A DNA stretch of 64,000 nucleotides from Hyphochytrium catenoides (Eukaryota > Protista > Hyphochytriomycota), in assembly GCA_900088475.1 (NCBI GenBank), contig FLMG01000972.1, positions 9,183-73,182 on the forward strand. Reading direction: 5' to 3'. The notes below the pieces were generated by a model. The model searched no databases, was not told the DNA's origin, and saw only the letters and a program-made list of their open reading frames with translations. The translations under genes and the position numbers were made by a program. Of the stretch, positions 26,601 through 37,599 are shown piece by piece. Position 1 is the stretch's first letter. Every line of letters begins with the position of its first letter.

Positions 26601-27640
26601 ATAAACGGCTGAGAGACGTCTTGGAGCAGATCAATGATGCTTGCGAGGTGAAAAGGGTCGAAGGTGAAGAAGACGGGGACAAGAAGAGAAAAGATGGTAG
26701 AACAGAGGCAGGAGAAGAAGGTTGGGATGACTATGTTCTCCTCAAAGAAGCCAATGTTCTCCGCTCCTACAGCTGCAAACTCTGCTTAGGGATGGAGTTC
26801 GATACTATTAACGGTCTTCGAAGACACATCCGCACCAAGTGGCACGCTGCTAACATGCAGAGAGAACGAGAAGGGGCAAGAAAGGCAGGACAAAAGGGAG
26901 AAGGAAGAGAAGGCGGAAAAGAGCTTATTGCTTTCTCTCCATCCTGGGTTATGTGGAAGGAGACATACGATGACGGAAGTCTGGAAGTTATTTATAGAAA
27001 TGGAAGCACCGGGGAGATCAGAACTGAGAGACCAGAAGAGATGGACTTCCATGAAGTTAACTGGGTCTTTTCAGAGGAAGAGGTGGAAATGGAGCTGAGT
27101 AGAATGCTCTACAGGGGAGCGGATGGAGAGAAAGAAGGAGGTAAGGAAGAAGAGGCAGTGGTCCAGGGTGAGGACGATGGGGTTCAGGTCGGTGCAGAAG
27201 AGAAGGGATTGCCCACGACTTCGGACAGTTCTGATCCTCCTCTTCCTTCGGGCTGGATAAAAGTCGTTCTACCGCCAGAAAATGGTGGTGGAGAGATAGC
27301 AGCAGGAGAAGGAGGCGCAGAAGCCGCCTACTACTATAACGAGCAAACAGGCGTCTCACAATGGGAGTTGCCGACGATGACAGACGCAATGCACACTACT
27401 AGCGAAGAAGGGCCAGAAGTGGGACAGGACGGAAGATCAAAGGAACCCGATGTAGCAGAGAAAGCGATCTCCTGGCCGGATTCTAGTTCTCCGGGCTTGG
27501 CTCCATCGTCAGGTCCCCTGTATCAACAGCAAGGGACAGAAGATCCGGGAGGGCAGTGGCCTCTGGGCAGTGGCCCGGAGCCTGTTTGGACATGGCAAGA
27601 GCTAGATGAAGCGATGGTGCCAGCGCTCCCTCCCGCTTGA
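7705..27640 (+). CDS. Giant (~4000 aa, ~37 exons) multidomain protein: LRR_CC - IQ - Sfi1-like - IQ - KOW - Tudor - FN3 - C2H2 - coiled coil - MORN - dynein stalk/MTBD-like - LOTUS - C2H2 - WW x2
   Basis: Exons join through phase-compatible GT-AG junctions from ATG 7705 to TGA 27640. Examples: 12831/13052, 18878/19047, 21458/21779, 23507/23716, 24915/25078, 26157/26297. Continuity is least certain around 10100-10920 and across the N gap at 16681-16735. Confidence 0.75.
9030..12600 (+). other. Cys-containing leucine-rich repeat region (FBXL/AMN1 type) of the giant protein
   Basis: Repeats NLSHLDLSRC, LTVLDISECHNI, LRLLNVSGC, ANLSYCTKITDQG, LQTLDISFCSLV, LRSLRLSQCPHL, LYDLDVSGC, LERLDLSGCQTIT, LIELNLWGCSEV. 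Confidence 0.85.
20840..21050 (+). repeat. (CT)n-rich intronic microsatellite; representative of many (e.g. 15838-15940, 28340-28620, 31700-31860, 63900-64000; GA-type at 2820-3250 and 27870-28060)
   Basis: Long imperfect CT/TC runs, often adjacent to the N gaps. Confidence 0.9.
23320..24440 (+). other. MORN repeat array (~10 copies) of the giant protein
   Basis: YFGEWQRGKRHGYG, YEGEWQEGRPHGKG, YEGEYQAGRWSGRG, YIGEFLGGEKHGEG, YVGAFSHDQRHG, YEGPFREDMEEGEG. Confidence 0.92.
25078..25995 (+). other. Dynein heavy-chain stalk microtubule-binding-domain-like segment in the giant protein
   Basis: Three exons read AYEEAAKSLREVKHSEWEK|LKEAPDKWPQVLRDVLYGVCILL...LFDPYSF...NPKIRPNNLSMTKISMAASALTLWLRAAFAYASAACKMAPYQREI. 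This follows the dynein MTBD pattern and is flanked by coiled coils. Confidence 0.75.
26480..27375 (+). other. C-terminal LOTUS/OST-HTH, C2H2 zinc finger and two WW domains of the giant protein
   Basis: LOTUS: VRILLRARGGKVKMSDFLVLYAEQFQERFDVSSFGYKRLRDVLEQI. C2H2: YSCKLCLGMEFDTINGLRRHIRTKWH. WW: ..IYRNGSTGEIRTERP and PPLPSGW...YYYNEQTGVSQWELP. Confidence 0.8.
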
Positions 27641-27686
27641 CAGAGTCCTACGATACCCGACCATAGTTCTAGACTCTTCATAAGTG

Positions 27687-28186
27687 TCAACTGATAGCCT
27701 TCAACTTGGTTAATGCACTTAACCTTGCTTGGTCAAGGAGTGCAAAGCGGAGCTGATCTTTGGCAACAAGCTCCACCGCTCCTGCTTCTTGCGCCCCGTA
27801 CGTATCATGATGATGCCTTTTAGTACCACTGGCGGGCAAGCTAAGGTGCTTCTCTTTCGTGTACGAGATTGAGAGAGAGAGAGAGATTGAGAGAGAGAGG
27901 GACCGAGAGAGAGAGAAAGGCTGAATGCGAGAGAGAATAGGAAAAAAAGGAAAGAGAGAGAAGGAGATAGAGAAAGAGAGACAGGGACAGAGAGAGAGAG
28001 GCACAAAGAGAGAGAGACAGATAGAGAGAAAGAGAGAGAGAGAGGAGAGAAGAGACAAAGGGTATAGCAGAGATGCGAACGTGCAGCAGGCAAAGGCGAC
28101 AGCTAGAGAGCGGAGGGAGCGGTTACATACTTGTCAATCCGCCTATCACAAGTACCAGCGCAAGAATTAGAAGTCTTGTTTCCCAT
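27687..28186 (-). CDS. Putative 69-aa N-myristoylated microprotein, two exons (28186-28131 and 27840-27687)
   Basis: GTATGT donor and TTAG acceptor are in matching phase (56+154=210 nt). The intron is CT-rich on the sense strand, like other introns here. The product starts MGNKTSNSCAGTC. Confidence 0.55.
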
Positions 28187-30079
28187 GTCTTACTATTGGA
28201 TCAATATGCAAGTCTGGTTCTGATACCCGGTGGTTCGAGTGGACTTATACTTGTGCATTGAGAGTACTGTTTTACTTTACGTTCTGTGCTTCACTTCTCT
28301 CTCCGCTGCTTTCTCTNNNNNNNNNNNNNNNNNNNNNNNNNNNNNNTCTCTCTCTCTTTTCTTCTTATCTCTCTCTCACTCTTTCTCGCTCTCTCTCTCT
28401 TTTCTTTTTTTCTCTCTCACTCTCACTCTCTTTGTTTCCTTTTCTTTCCTCGTTCCTCTCTCACTCTCACTCTCTTTCTCTTCCTTCTCTCTTCTTGCTC
28501 TTTCTCGTTCTCTCTCTGTCTCTTTCTCTTTTGTGTCTCTCTCTCATGTTCTTCCTCTTTCTCTCTCTCTCTCTCTTTGTCTCTTCCCTTTCTTCCTTGG
28601 TGTAGACCTTCTCCCTCCTTTGTTACCTTCATCCCTCCTTATCTTCTTCTTCTTCTTTCCCTCTGTTTGTCTGTCTTTACACTCTCCCTCTGCAGACGAT
28701 GGGCTCTCTCTTCCTCTGGTCGTAGTACCTTACTACATCTTTACGCTCTCTTGACCGCCTCCCAGGGCAGTTACAAGCGGAAAGTCCTCTCCCATCATGT
28801 TCATCATCTCTTCACTCACCAGTCCTCCGCGCCCAAGAAGAAGCACATGTAGCCTGTCCAGTTCTTAACCTCTTCTTAGCCCGTAGTCCTGCACGCCAAT
28901 TGTAGATGATGTGCCAGAGGTGAGGTGCTTAGGGGGAGGAAATGATAACGCGAAGGAGATTGATCGAGAAGGATCGAAGAAGGGAAAAATGAGAAAGAGG
29001 AGGTAGTTCTATGGCAAAGGAACTTCTCTCTCTCTATATATACATACTATAAATAGATACAAGCATACGTCTCTACGTCGTCTCTCCCTCCTTCTCTCTG
29101 TCTATGTCTCTACGTCTCTCTCTCTATGTCTCTCTCTTAGTATGTGCATTTTAATCGCCCTTTGATGTTTCCCTGTGCGGCTCTAACTCGGGCACCGCCT
29201 CTTTCTCCCTCTCGTTCTCCGTGACAGTTCGTTTCTTATCATAGAAAAAACCTTCTTCGCTTCATCTCCGCCAGTCCTCGAGCCTCTTATTTCTCATTTC
29301 TCTTTTCTTATCTATCTCCTTAACGTCGCCCCTCTCTCTCATGGCCTTTGCCCCTCGTGACTTTGGCTTCTCGACTGACCGTTACTAAGCTGCAAAGTGA
29401 GTTGCCCTTGTCCCTGCCTTTCTGCTTCATGTCTCTCACAGTGCGCCTCAAACCCATTCATCTTTCCACCGGCATCTGCTGTCAGTGGCTGATGCTAACT
29501 CTGTCCGGCATTCCACCTCGCTTCTACTCGACATTATAAGTGCTTAAGCACCAGTCGCCGGGATTGGCAAGCCTACCTCCTCTCACTACATCCTAGTACA
29601 TCTTATAGGTGACTCCAGCAGTCTCCACTTCTTCTTTTCTTCTTTGGCTCTCTTGAGCTTTCACTCTCTCTCCTCTCGTCTCTCAAATGCGCTTGCACTA
29701 GTGCTATCCTTTGCTATAGAAGTTACCTTCGTCTCACAACCTTCATTCAGGGCCACTATCCCACATCAGCCCAGCGTAGTCGTACTGAAGAGTAGCAGCC
29801 AGAGGCTACATAGAGAAAAGATGTCTTCACTTCGATGACTAAACACTTCTGGGGAGGCAGTTGATAGTCTACATCTCGTAGCCCGGTGGTATCTAAGGCG
29901 CGGACCACCTGTCAGACAGATTTCATCCACCATAAGATATGGTCCTGATGTAGAAGGACGCGAGGAATCTTCCTTTTGGAAGTAGACGAAATCACCGTCG
30001 CTTCCTTCCTTTACTCTCTAAACCCTTTCTCTCTCTCTCTCTTTCTGTCCCCCATTCGCTCTCTCCCGTCCGCTCTAGC

Positions 30080-32969
30080 ATGGGCCGGAACGCCAGGTCT
30101 GCTATTGCAGGCTCGGCTACTGAGGTACACGGAACCGTTAGCTCAAAGAAAGTTCACGTGCAGCAGACCCTCTCTTCCTCCGTCCCAGTGACTTACAGCG
30201 GCAGCGTTGCGTCTCCTGACAAAGGATCAAATGGCCGAGGAAAGAGAAGCGATAAGGGGACAGAGAAAGGGTTCTCTTCTGCGGAGCAAAGCACGTTACC
30301 CCGAGTCTTTGTCGGTGATAAACGGCCTCTGAAGTCCCACACAGAGCCGAAGGAAATACACCAGGTCGCAGAGGAACCTCCTCCGGGCCTCGGTAGTCTC
30401 GCTGCAGGCCGAAGTCTCAAACACATTGGCAGGAGGCAGACTGCGACGGTCGTGACAAATGGCGGAGTGAAAGCAGGTGAGGGACATAACGCTTCAGTGG
30501 CGGAAAGAGAAGAGACCGAGAAAGAGGGACCAGGAAAGAGAGAAGAGAGATTAGAGACGAGTGCTATTCATAGCGTCCTCTCAACCCAACTAACCGCCGT
30601 CATTTTACGGGTCTTTGGCTTCACAGGGACCGTTGTTATCGAGGATCCACGCCTTAGGGAGCGCATCCTGGCTGTCTGCTGTAAGACTTGCTTCCTTCAT
30701 CCTTCCTATCCACGTGCCCTCTCTCTCTCTCTTTCAATTTCTCTTGTCCGTCTTCTCTTCTTCTCTCAACTCTCTCTCTTTCCTTGCTCGTCACTCTTTG
30801 CTTTCGAAATGGCCCATGTAGTTTGAGCGTGGCGCTAGTGAGCTTCCACTCTTCTCTCTTCTCTAGTGGTCTCTCATCTTCTTTATCTCCGTCCTGATCT
30901 TTTATGTCCTGTGACTTTCTTTTTGGCCTTGTCTCTCTCTCCATCACTACTGCTGGCCCGCCCTCCGACACTGAGATTCCTTTCTCTTCTCCTGCCCCAA
31001 CTCGGACCAAAACGCCCGTGGTTGACAGTTGAACAGAAGGACTTGCAGGCTATCAAGCAAGCGTTTTTATCTAGAGACGCGGAGTACGTCCCATAGCGCC
31101 CAGCACCTTGACTTTCCCTTCACCCTTCCTGAACTCCTCTCTTCCTTCTCTCTTTCCTGTTTGTTTGCCTTCCTTCCGTCGGTTGACTGTCTCCTTTTCC
31201 TCCCCAGAAACTCTGGCTTCGTAACTGTAAAAGACCTGAAGAAGCTCCTGGACGAGAGTAACGAAGTCTTACTCTCCATGATCTACTCTCTGGCGGGTCT
31301 GTCTGGCTCTCTTCTTTCTCTTACTCCTGTCTCTAGCTCACTCCTTGCTCTGACTTTCTCTTCTAGCTGGCCCTACGCAGGTCTTGCTCTTCATGATCTC
31401 AGCCATTCCTCTCTCTCATTCTCTCCGTCCCATCCTCCTCTCTATGCCTCTGAATCTCTCCTTTCTCTCCGTCTTCGGCAGTTGATTTGTCGGTCGTTCT
31501 CCCGTCTTTGCTAGTCCTCTTCTTCTCTGCAGTTTCTCTTCTGATGGTTGTGTCTCCGCCCAAACTTCTCTCTCTCTCCTTTCCGTTGCTTCATGGCAGT
31601 TGTAAACCCCATCAAGCCGCAGGCCAAGTTGATCAGCTTCCTTCAATTCCTAGAGGTCATTATGAACTTCTGCACGAAGACCAAAGAAGAGATCACGAGA
31701 TGTATGACTCTCTCCTCTGTCTCCTTCTTTCTCTCATCTTTTTTATCTCTCTCTCTCCTTTGCTCTCTCTCTCCCATTCTTTTTCTTTCTCTCGTTTCGT
31801 TCTCTCTCTCTGTGTCTCTCTCTCTTACTCTCTCTCTCCTCTTTCTCTTCTTTTCATTTTTTGCGATGCATCTTGGGCCTTGCCCTTCTTCCCGGGTTCT
31901 TCTGCTGCTTTGGCTACCGGACAGTCTGTCACGTGGGCGTATTTCTTTTCTACCGTGTCCGAGTCCCAAAAGCTTTATTGACCAGCTCTTCTCCTCTCTC
32001 TTCCTCTCGCTGTCAGGGGTCTTTGATTATTATGACGAAAACAAGAATGGCACGCTTGAGGCGGTGCGTTTCCATTGTTCACTATTGATTCAGACGAGTG
32101 AGAGACGCGGATGAAGAGAGAGGAGAAGAGAGAGAGAAGAGAGAGAGAGAGAAAGAGANNNNNNNNNNNNNNNNNNNNNNNNNNNNNNNNNNNNNNNNNN
32201 NNNNNNGAGAGAGAGAGAGAGAGAGAAAGAAAGAGAGAAAGAGAAACAGAAATAACAGGGACAGAGAGAGAAGAGAGAGAGATGGAAAGGAGAAGAAGAG
32301 AATAGAAGATAGGGACTGGAGACCAGTCAGAGAGGGAAGAAAGCAGAAAGCAGGGGAGAAGCAGATACAATGTCTTCAACGATAAAATGAGCACTGCGAA
32401 ACCCTTTCACAGGCCGAAGCAAAAGAGCTGCTTATCATGTTCAGCAAGGATGCTCCGCTTTTTGAGGGCAATCTGGACCGCATGATGAAGATGTTAGACC
32501 AGTACGTGGTCGTAACAATCTCTCCCTCTTTCCTGGCAATGTCACCACTGGCTATTCTCTTCAATTTCTCTCTCTCGCCTCTCGGCTCGATCCCTCTCCT
32601 TTGTCCGCTCTGTTCCTTCTTCTCTAGGCTGTTCCCCGGAGGTCGTAGATAACTCTTCCCTCTCTCTGAGTCTGAAGCCCGTCTTCCCATCGAATAAGTT
32701 TCCTCTTCGTACTCTCTCTCTCTCTTTGCCTCTGATCGCTACGTCTCCACTCCTTGCCTTGTCTCTTCTCTCCCTCGTATAGGAATCGAGACGGAAAGAT
32801 TGACATGACGGAGTTTCTGGAGCTCAGTAACAAGGCTCCGATGGCCTATTATCCCATCTACAGGCTCAGTGAGAACGCCAAGGCCCACACTTTAGGTCAG
32901 AGAGAGTGACGAAGACTGCCGAGAGACAGAAGTGTAGTGGGATACTGACGAAGAGGAAAGAGGAAGAGA

Positions 32970-33002
<33 letters not shown>

Positions 33003-33542
33003 GGAGAGAGACCGGCCATCTGCCTGAGTTATCCCGTCTCTCTTTTCCCTCTTCCCATTGTCATTGTGTCTCTTTGCAAGAGGCTCCGTCGCTCAGTCCT
33101 CTGGTTCTCCTCCCTTGCTGGGACTTCTACCTCTTGCTTGAGCTTGAGGCTTGCACGACCTAACCACGTCTCCCTTCTGACAGGTCCACAGAAATGGGAG
33201 GAGATAATGAACCGGATCAGAAGGAAGGCAGAGATCGAAGAGTACAAGGTACATCCTTGTCGGTTGTTCCCTGCTTCCCACCGGCTAGAGCATATCTCTC
33301 TATCTTCCAGGACCCGCTCTCACTTTAACAGGCTGTCCGCCCAGTACCTCTTCTCTCTATTAACGCTGGTCTCTCCTCACGTCTTTGCCATTCAGAGCAC
33401 ACATAACGGTCAAGGGCCTCCATCTTCCTGGATGGACCGTCTTAAAAGCTTCTTCGGCATCGAAAGCTACGTCCCTTACGACCATGAAAGAGCCACAGCA
33501 ATGCGGCAGAAAGAAATCATCATGAACTCTGCAAAAACATAA
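30080..33542 (+). CDS. EF-hand calcium-binding protein (calcineurin B/NCS-like) with a long disordered N-terminus; start uncertain
   Basis: Spliced EF loops DAENSGFVTVKDL, YDENKNGTLEAAE and LDQNRDGKIDMTEF; stop TAA at 33542. Confidence 0.8.
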
Positions 33543-33794
33543 ATATGTGCAAGCTTGACTGATAGGCGAGTGGGAGAGGCAGCGATGTGGAAGAAAGAAG
33601 CGGCCAGATAAAGAGTGAGAGAGAGCTTCAGATGGATTCATAATTCTTAGGCTCTTTCCTACACTTCCCGTAACCAGTGGCTATCAATCTCCTTTCCATA
33701 AGAAAGTAANNNNNNNNNNNNNNNNNNNNNNNNNTCTCTCTCTCTCTCTCTCTCTCCCTTTCTTCTCCCTCGGGGTCTTTTAACTACAGCTTCC

Positions 33795-35594
33795 TCACTT
33801 AATGGGCGGAATCACCATGAGGCAGCTCTCATAGGTTGGGATAAGCCTTCTAATCGAGTCGAAGGCCTCTTCCTCCCCGTACGCCTCAAGCAACTCAATG
33901 GTTTCCTGCGTGTCCAGTAAAATCAACGCGGGGTTAGGGGACCGAGAAAAGTTCTGGCATCAGGCAGATGGCGGAACTTGAAGTCCTGACAACACTGCCA
34001 GCAAGAGAGGCAAGGAGAAAGGAAAGAAGAAAGAATAGAGACGCTAGCAGAGACGCAAATCTGAGAGAGGTAGAGGATAACAAGGGTAGACAGAAGATAC
34101 ATAGGGACGCCGGTGGTGGGATGACGAAAAGGAGAATGAACAGAGAGAAAGGAGGACAGAAAGAAATGCGGAGAGACTGAATGACAGTCTATCGAGTTTT
34201 CACCTGAAGAAGATCGCTTATGTTTGACTGGGAAGAACCTAGATGCTTATCCTTCAGCAGGTTACAGAGTGGGACGAACTGTCTATAATACTGCTGCAGG
34301 GCCCGTCCTACGCCCTCACATACCACCAAGTGCTGCAGCACCAACATAACGCCTGTTACGATGTCGGGTTCTCTGGTGTTGAGAGCGTTCTTTAAGTGTG
34401 TCATAAGGAGAGGCAGGCAAGGGAGAACCTTGGGGTTGTTGCTCCCGCCCTCTAAGAGGTCGAAGATGCCTTCGTAGACAATGAAGCGGTGTGGCTCTTG
34501 TTTCTCCTGCAAATAGAGAAGTAGGAGGTGACATTATCGGTTGTTTGCTTGCTTATATGCGAGATAGCGAGGGACAGATATAAGGACTGAAGGAGGAGAG
34601 AGAAAGAGAGAGAAGAGAAGACGCAGATAAAAGCGAAAGAGGAAAGAGAGATAAAAGGGACGAAAAGAGAGATACAGAGAGAGAAACAGGAAGGACCAGA
34701 GAGAATGAGAGCCAGTCATCCAATTACTCCTCCTCACCTGCAGTCCACTGAAAAATATTGGCAGGTATTTCTCATAGCTAAGACTCTCGATCTCAGTCTT
34801 CCAGATCAGCTTCCTACCTGTACCGCGCTCCTGTACGGCCGAATTAGCTTGGCATTCTATGTGAACCTTGGAGCCATCACCGCCTATTGCACTTGCATGG
34901 CCCCTCCCTTTTCTCTCTCACTCTCTCACTCTTTCTCTCTTCTTTCTCTCTCTCTGTCCCGCTCTTTCTCTTTCTCTCCTGTCTTCTCTCTCTTCACTTA
35001 TAGTCCCTCCTGTGAGAAACTGCCTGTCTTCGTCGAATTGTCATCCCTCTGGTCACTTATATCTGATGCTCTCCTCTCTTCCAGCTCACCTGTATAAACA
35101 CTGGTAGATCCCCATTGTCAAAGCACCGTCTAAACTCTGTCTCGCTCTTCTTCTTCGCTTGCGCAGTGCCTGACATATAATCTTCAGTCAAGACCTATTC
35201 CTGGCTTCGACTCTCTCGCCACTTCCGACTATCACTCTCAATCCTCGCTCGTCTATATGCTTCTCAACCTACCCGGCCTACCGCCCCTAGTTGCAGGTCT
35301 AGCAGAGCTGTTTCTTCCCGAAGATGTCCCGGGTCGGGTCACTGATTTTTCTTCAACCTCGGTGTGGATAGCATTTTGAGTCTTCGTTGAGCCCTGGAGG
35401 GATGAGAGATCAGAAGCATGTAAGCAGGTTCACCAGATAGCAACTATTAGACCTTGAGTAAGATGGCCATATCAGAAGGAGGGAGAGGTATGAAGAGAAA
35501 GAAAGGGCCGTGCAAGATGCTTGTACATCTAATCGGCCTGAGCTTTCCTAACCTGATCAAAGAACAGAATATTCTCTTCGTCCTGTCCTGACAT
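33795..35594 (-). CDS. PACRG-family protein (ciliary doublet inner junction) with an N-terminal extension
   Basis: Exons TEFRRCFDNGDLPV, KLIWKTEIESLSYEKYLPIFFSGLQEKQEPHRF, KVLPCLPLLMTHLKNALNTR, GRALQQYYRQ and ETIELLEAYGEEEAFDSIRRLIPTYESC match PACRG blocks. The start at 35594 is tentative. Confidence 0.88.
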
Positions 35595-36751
35595 GCTTGC
35601 AGGAATTTCGTATGCCTTAAGCTCTTTACGGAATCCCCGCTAACCTTCTCTCAGCTCTATCTCGTTCCTTCTAGCTTCGTATCACTGTGCTTTGTCCTCT
35701 ACTCTCTCCGCTATACTCTCTCTCTCTTCCCTTCTCCCAGGGAACCACCCAAGAGCGACTTTCGCTCCTATCGGGAAGAGATATGACGATGCTAGAGATT
35801 CCTTGCGCCGTAAGTAGAGCGGGGCAGGGGTCAGCTTGATGAGCAGCATTGACTGCGGGTGAGGATCTCAATAATTAAGGAGCACGAGCTGTCGACAGAT
35901 TGAGAGCTCAACAGCGAGAGGCAAGGGCCATTGAATGCTTTAGTTTAGAGGAATCATTGACGATAAGCGCCATCCTCCTTACACAGTAGCAAAAAGTAGT
36001 CGGAGACAGAGAAGTGAGAGAGGAGCCAAACGCATAGACCGAACAGGCTTAACATAATGGATAGCCTCCCTGGAGTCATCTTGACCTTCGACACAGAGTA
36101 CCAAGAGGTATTTGGTGTCCTTTGGATGAGCAACAAAGGGCGTTACTGGCACCCAAACTCCCTGCCAAATTTTCCGAAGAGTTCAATTTTGAATCCTTCA
36201 GACAGAAAGAAACCGCCTGGCTCTGAAAGAGTAAGGGACAAATTGAAGAAACATACAGAACCTTTATTTCAATGAAGTAAACGAGAAAAGAACTAAATCT
36301 TTTATTATTGATAACGCGCATTACATTCGGGACCAGTCTGCGTGGAAGCTTGAGTTCTGACTCGGAACTGTATTTTTGAGCTTCGCATTCTCCTTCACAG
36401 ACAGAAAGGCGATCTTTCACATCAGTGATGAGGCTCACTCAAGATCTGCAGCATCGCCACGGCCTCCTCGTCTTTCACATTCTTCATCAACTGCAGGCTC
36501 ATATCTTGGGAGCCAGCCTGCTGTGCTGTGCCTACAGCTCACTACAGAACTTATAAGGGAGGAGGAACATCTGCTCGTCATGGGATGGAGTCTATTGGCC
36601 TAACCTGATGTTAGTTCTACAAAGGTTTGGTCCAACAGAAGCTTCTATAATCTTAGATGAGAGCTCGTGCTTCGGCCTTGCTTTTGGGCAAGAGCAAGAC
36701 CTCTATCAGCTATTCAGGGACAGTTGAGCGCTCTCGGGCCTTGTCTTGAAG

Positions 36752-37599
36752 ATGTACCATGGGAAGGAGCTGGTCTCCCACGTCTTCATGGTCCCTACGA
36801 AGGCCATACTCTCCTCGACAGGTGAAATAAAGCTATAGACTGATTGTGGCACGATTATTCCTGTTGCAACTGACACCTCTTCCAACTCTTCGATTGGCTC
36901 TCTCTCAACACGACCCTCATTCATATTGCAGAAGGGCGAGACAAGCTTTACCGGCTGGTACAATGGACTTGTAGACTGCTTGCTTGGGCCCTGCTCTGGC
37001 GGCAGAGGAGGCGAGGACAGTCTATCTCCGTCCGCCAAACGAGCCATAAAGTCCAGGGCATAAAGGAGCCACAACGCCCAATCTCGAAAGCTTACCTCCA
37101 GGAATCCAGCGAGGAACAGAGAGGTCTCTCTCATCAGGCAGCTGTGCGCCTGCAGGAAGCAGAAGCATTCATCAGAGACAGCAGAAAACTCTATCGACTC
37201 TTCAAGTTCTTGGACATGTGGGCCATTTACCAGCACCTTGAAGAGAAACGTCCTGGCATTCGGAGGCTCAGAGTTCTGCGCATTTTTAGCTTCTGCTTCT
37301 TTTTCTTCACCGAAAATGTCATTCTAGTGGCCTCCAAGTTTAGACTGCTCCCTGCTCTCCCTCTCAGCGCAATGCGACGCGCCTGCTACTCGAGCTGGTG
37401 CCTCAGCATTATCTTAGGGATTGTTTTGGACTACATGATGCGGAGAGGGACCGCTAGAGGATACGTCAAGGCTGTGATAGACCTTCCTATGTCCCTTATC
37501 TTCACTTTTAGACTGCGAGTGAATGATGGTGTTCTTGCGGCTATGGGAGTAGCTTCCTCACTGATGGGTTTGTCTCTGAGGAACCAGTTGGCTCAATAG
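36752..37599 (+). CDS. PEX11: Peroxisomal biogenesis protein PEX11 family; the start may lie further upstream
   Basis: Splicing ~36821/36931 gives ILSSTEGRDKLYRLVQWTCRLLAW, followed by DSRKLYRLFKFL and a hydrophobic C-terminus (GVLAAMGVASSLMGL). Confidence 0.85.

Noticed and set aside
28230-28852. Long Ser/Leu/Phe-rich ORFs, and Arg/Glu-rich ones on the opposite strand (also 20338-21046, 31487-32114, 2897-3311)
   Set aside because: These are translations of CT/GA microsatellites, which lack stop codons; they are not proteins.
36706-37236. 176-aa minus-strand ORF
   Set aside because: Antisense shadow of PEX11, whose plus-strand motifs are clear.
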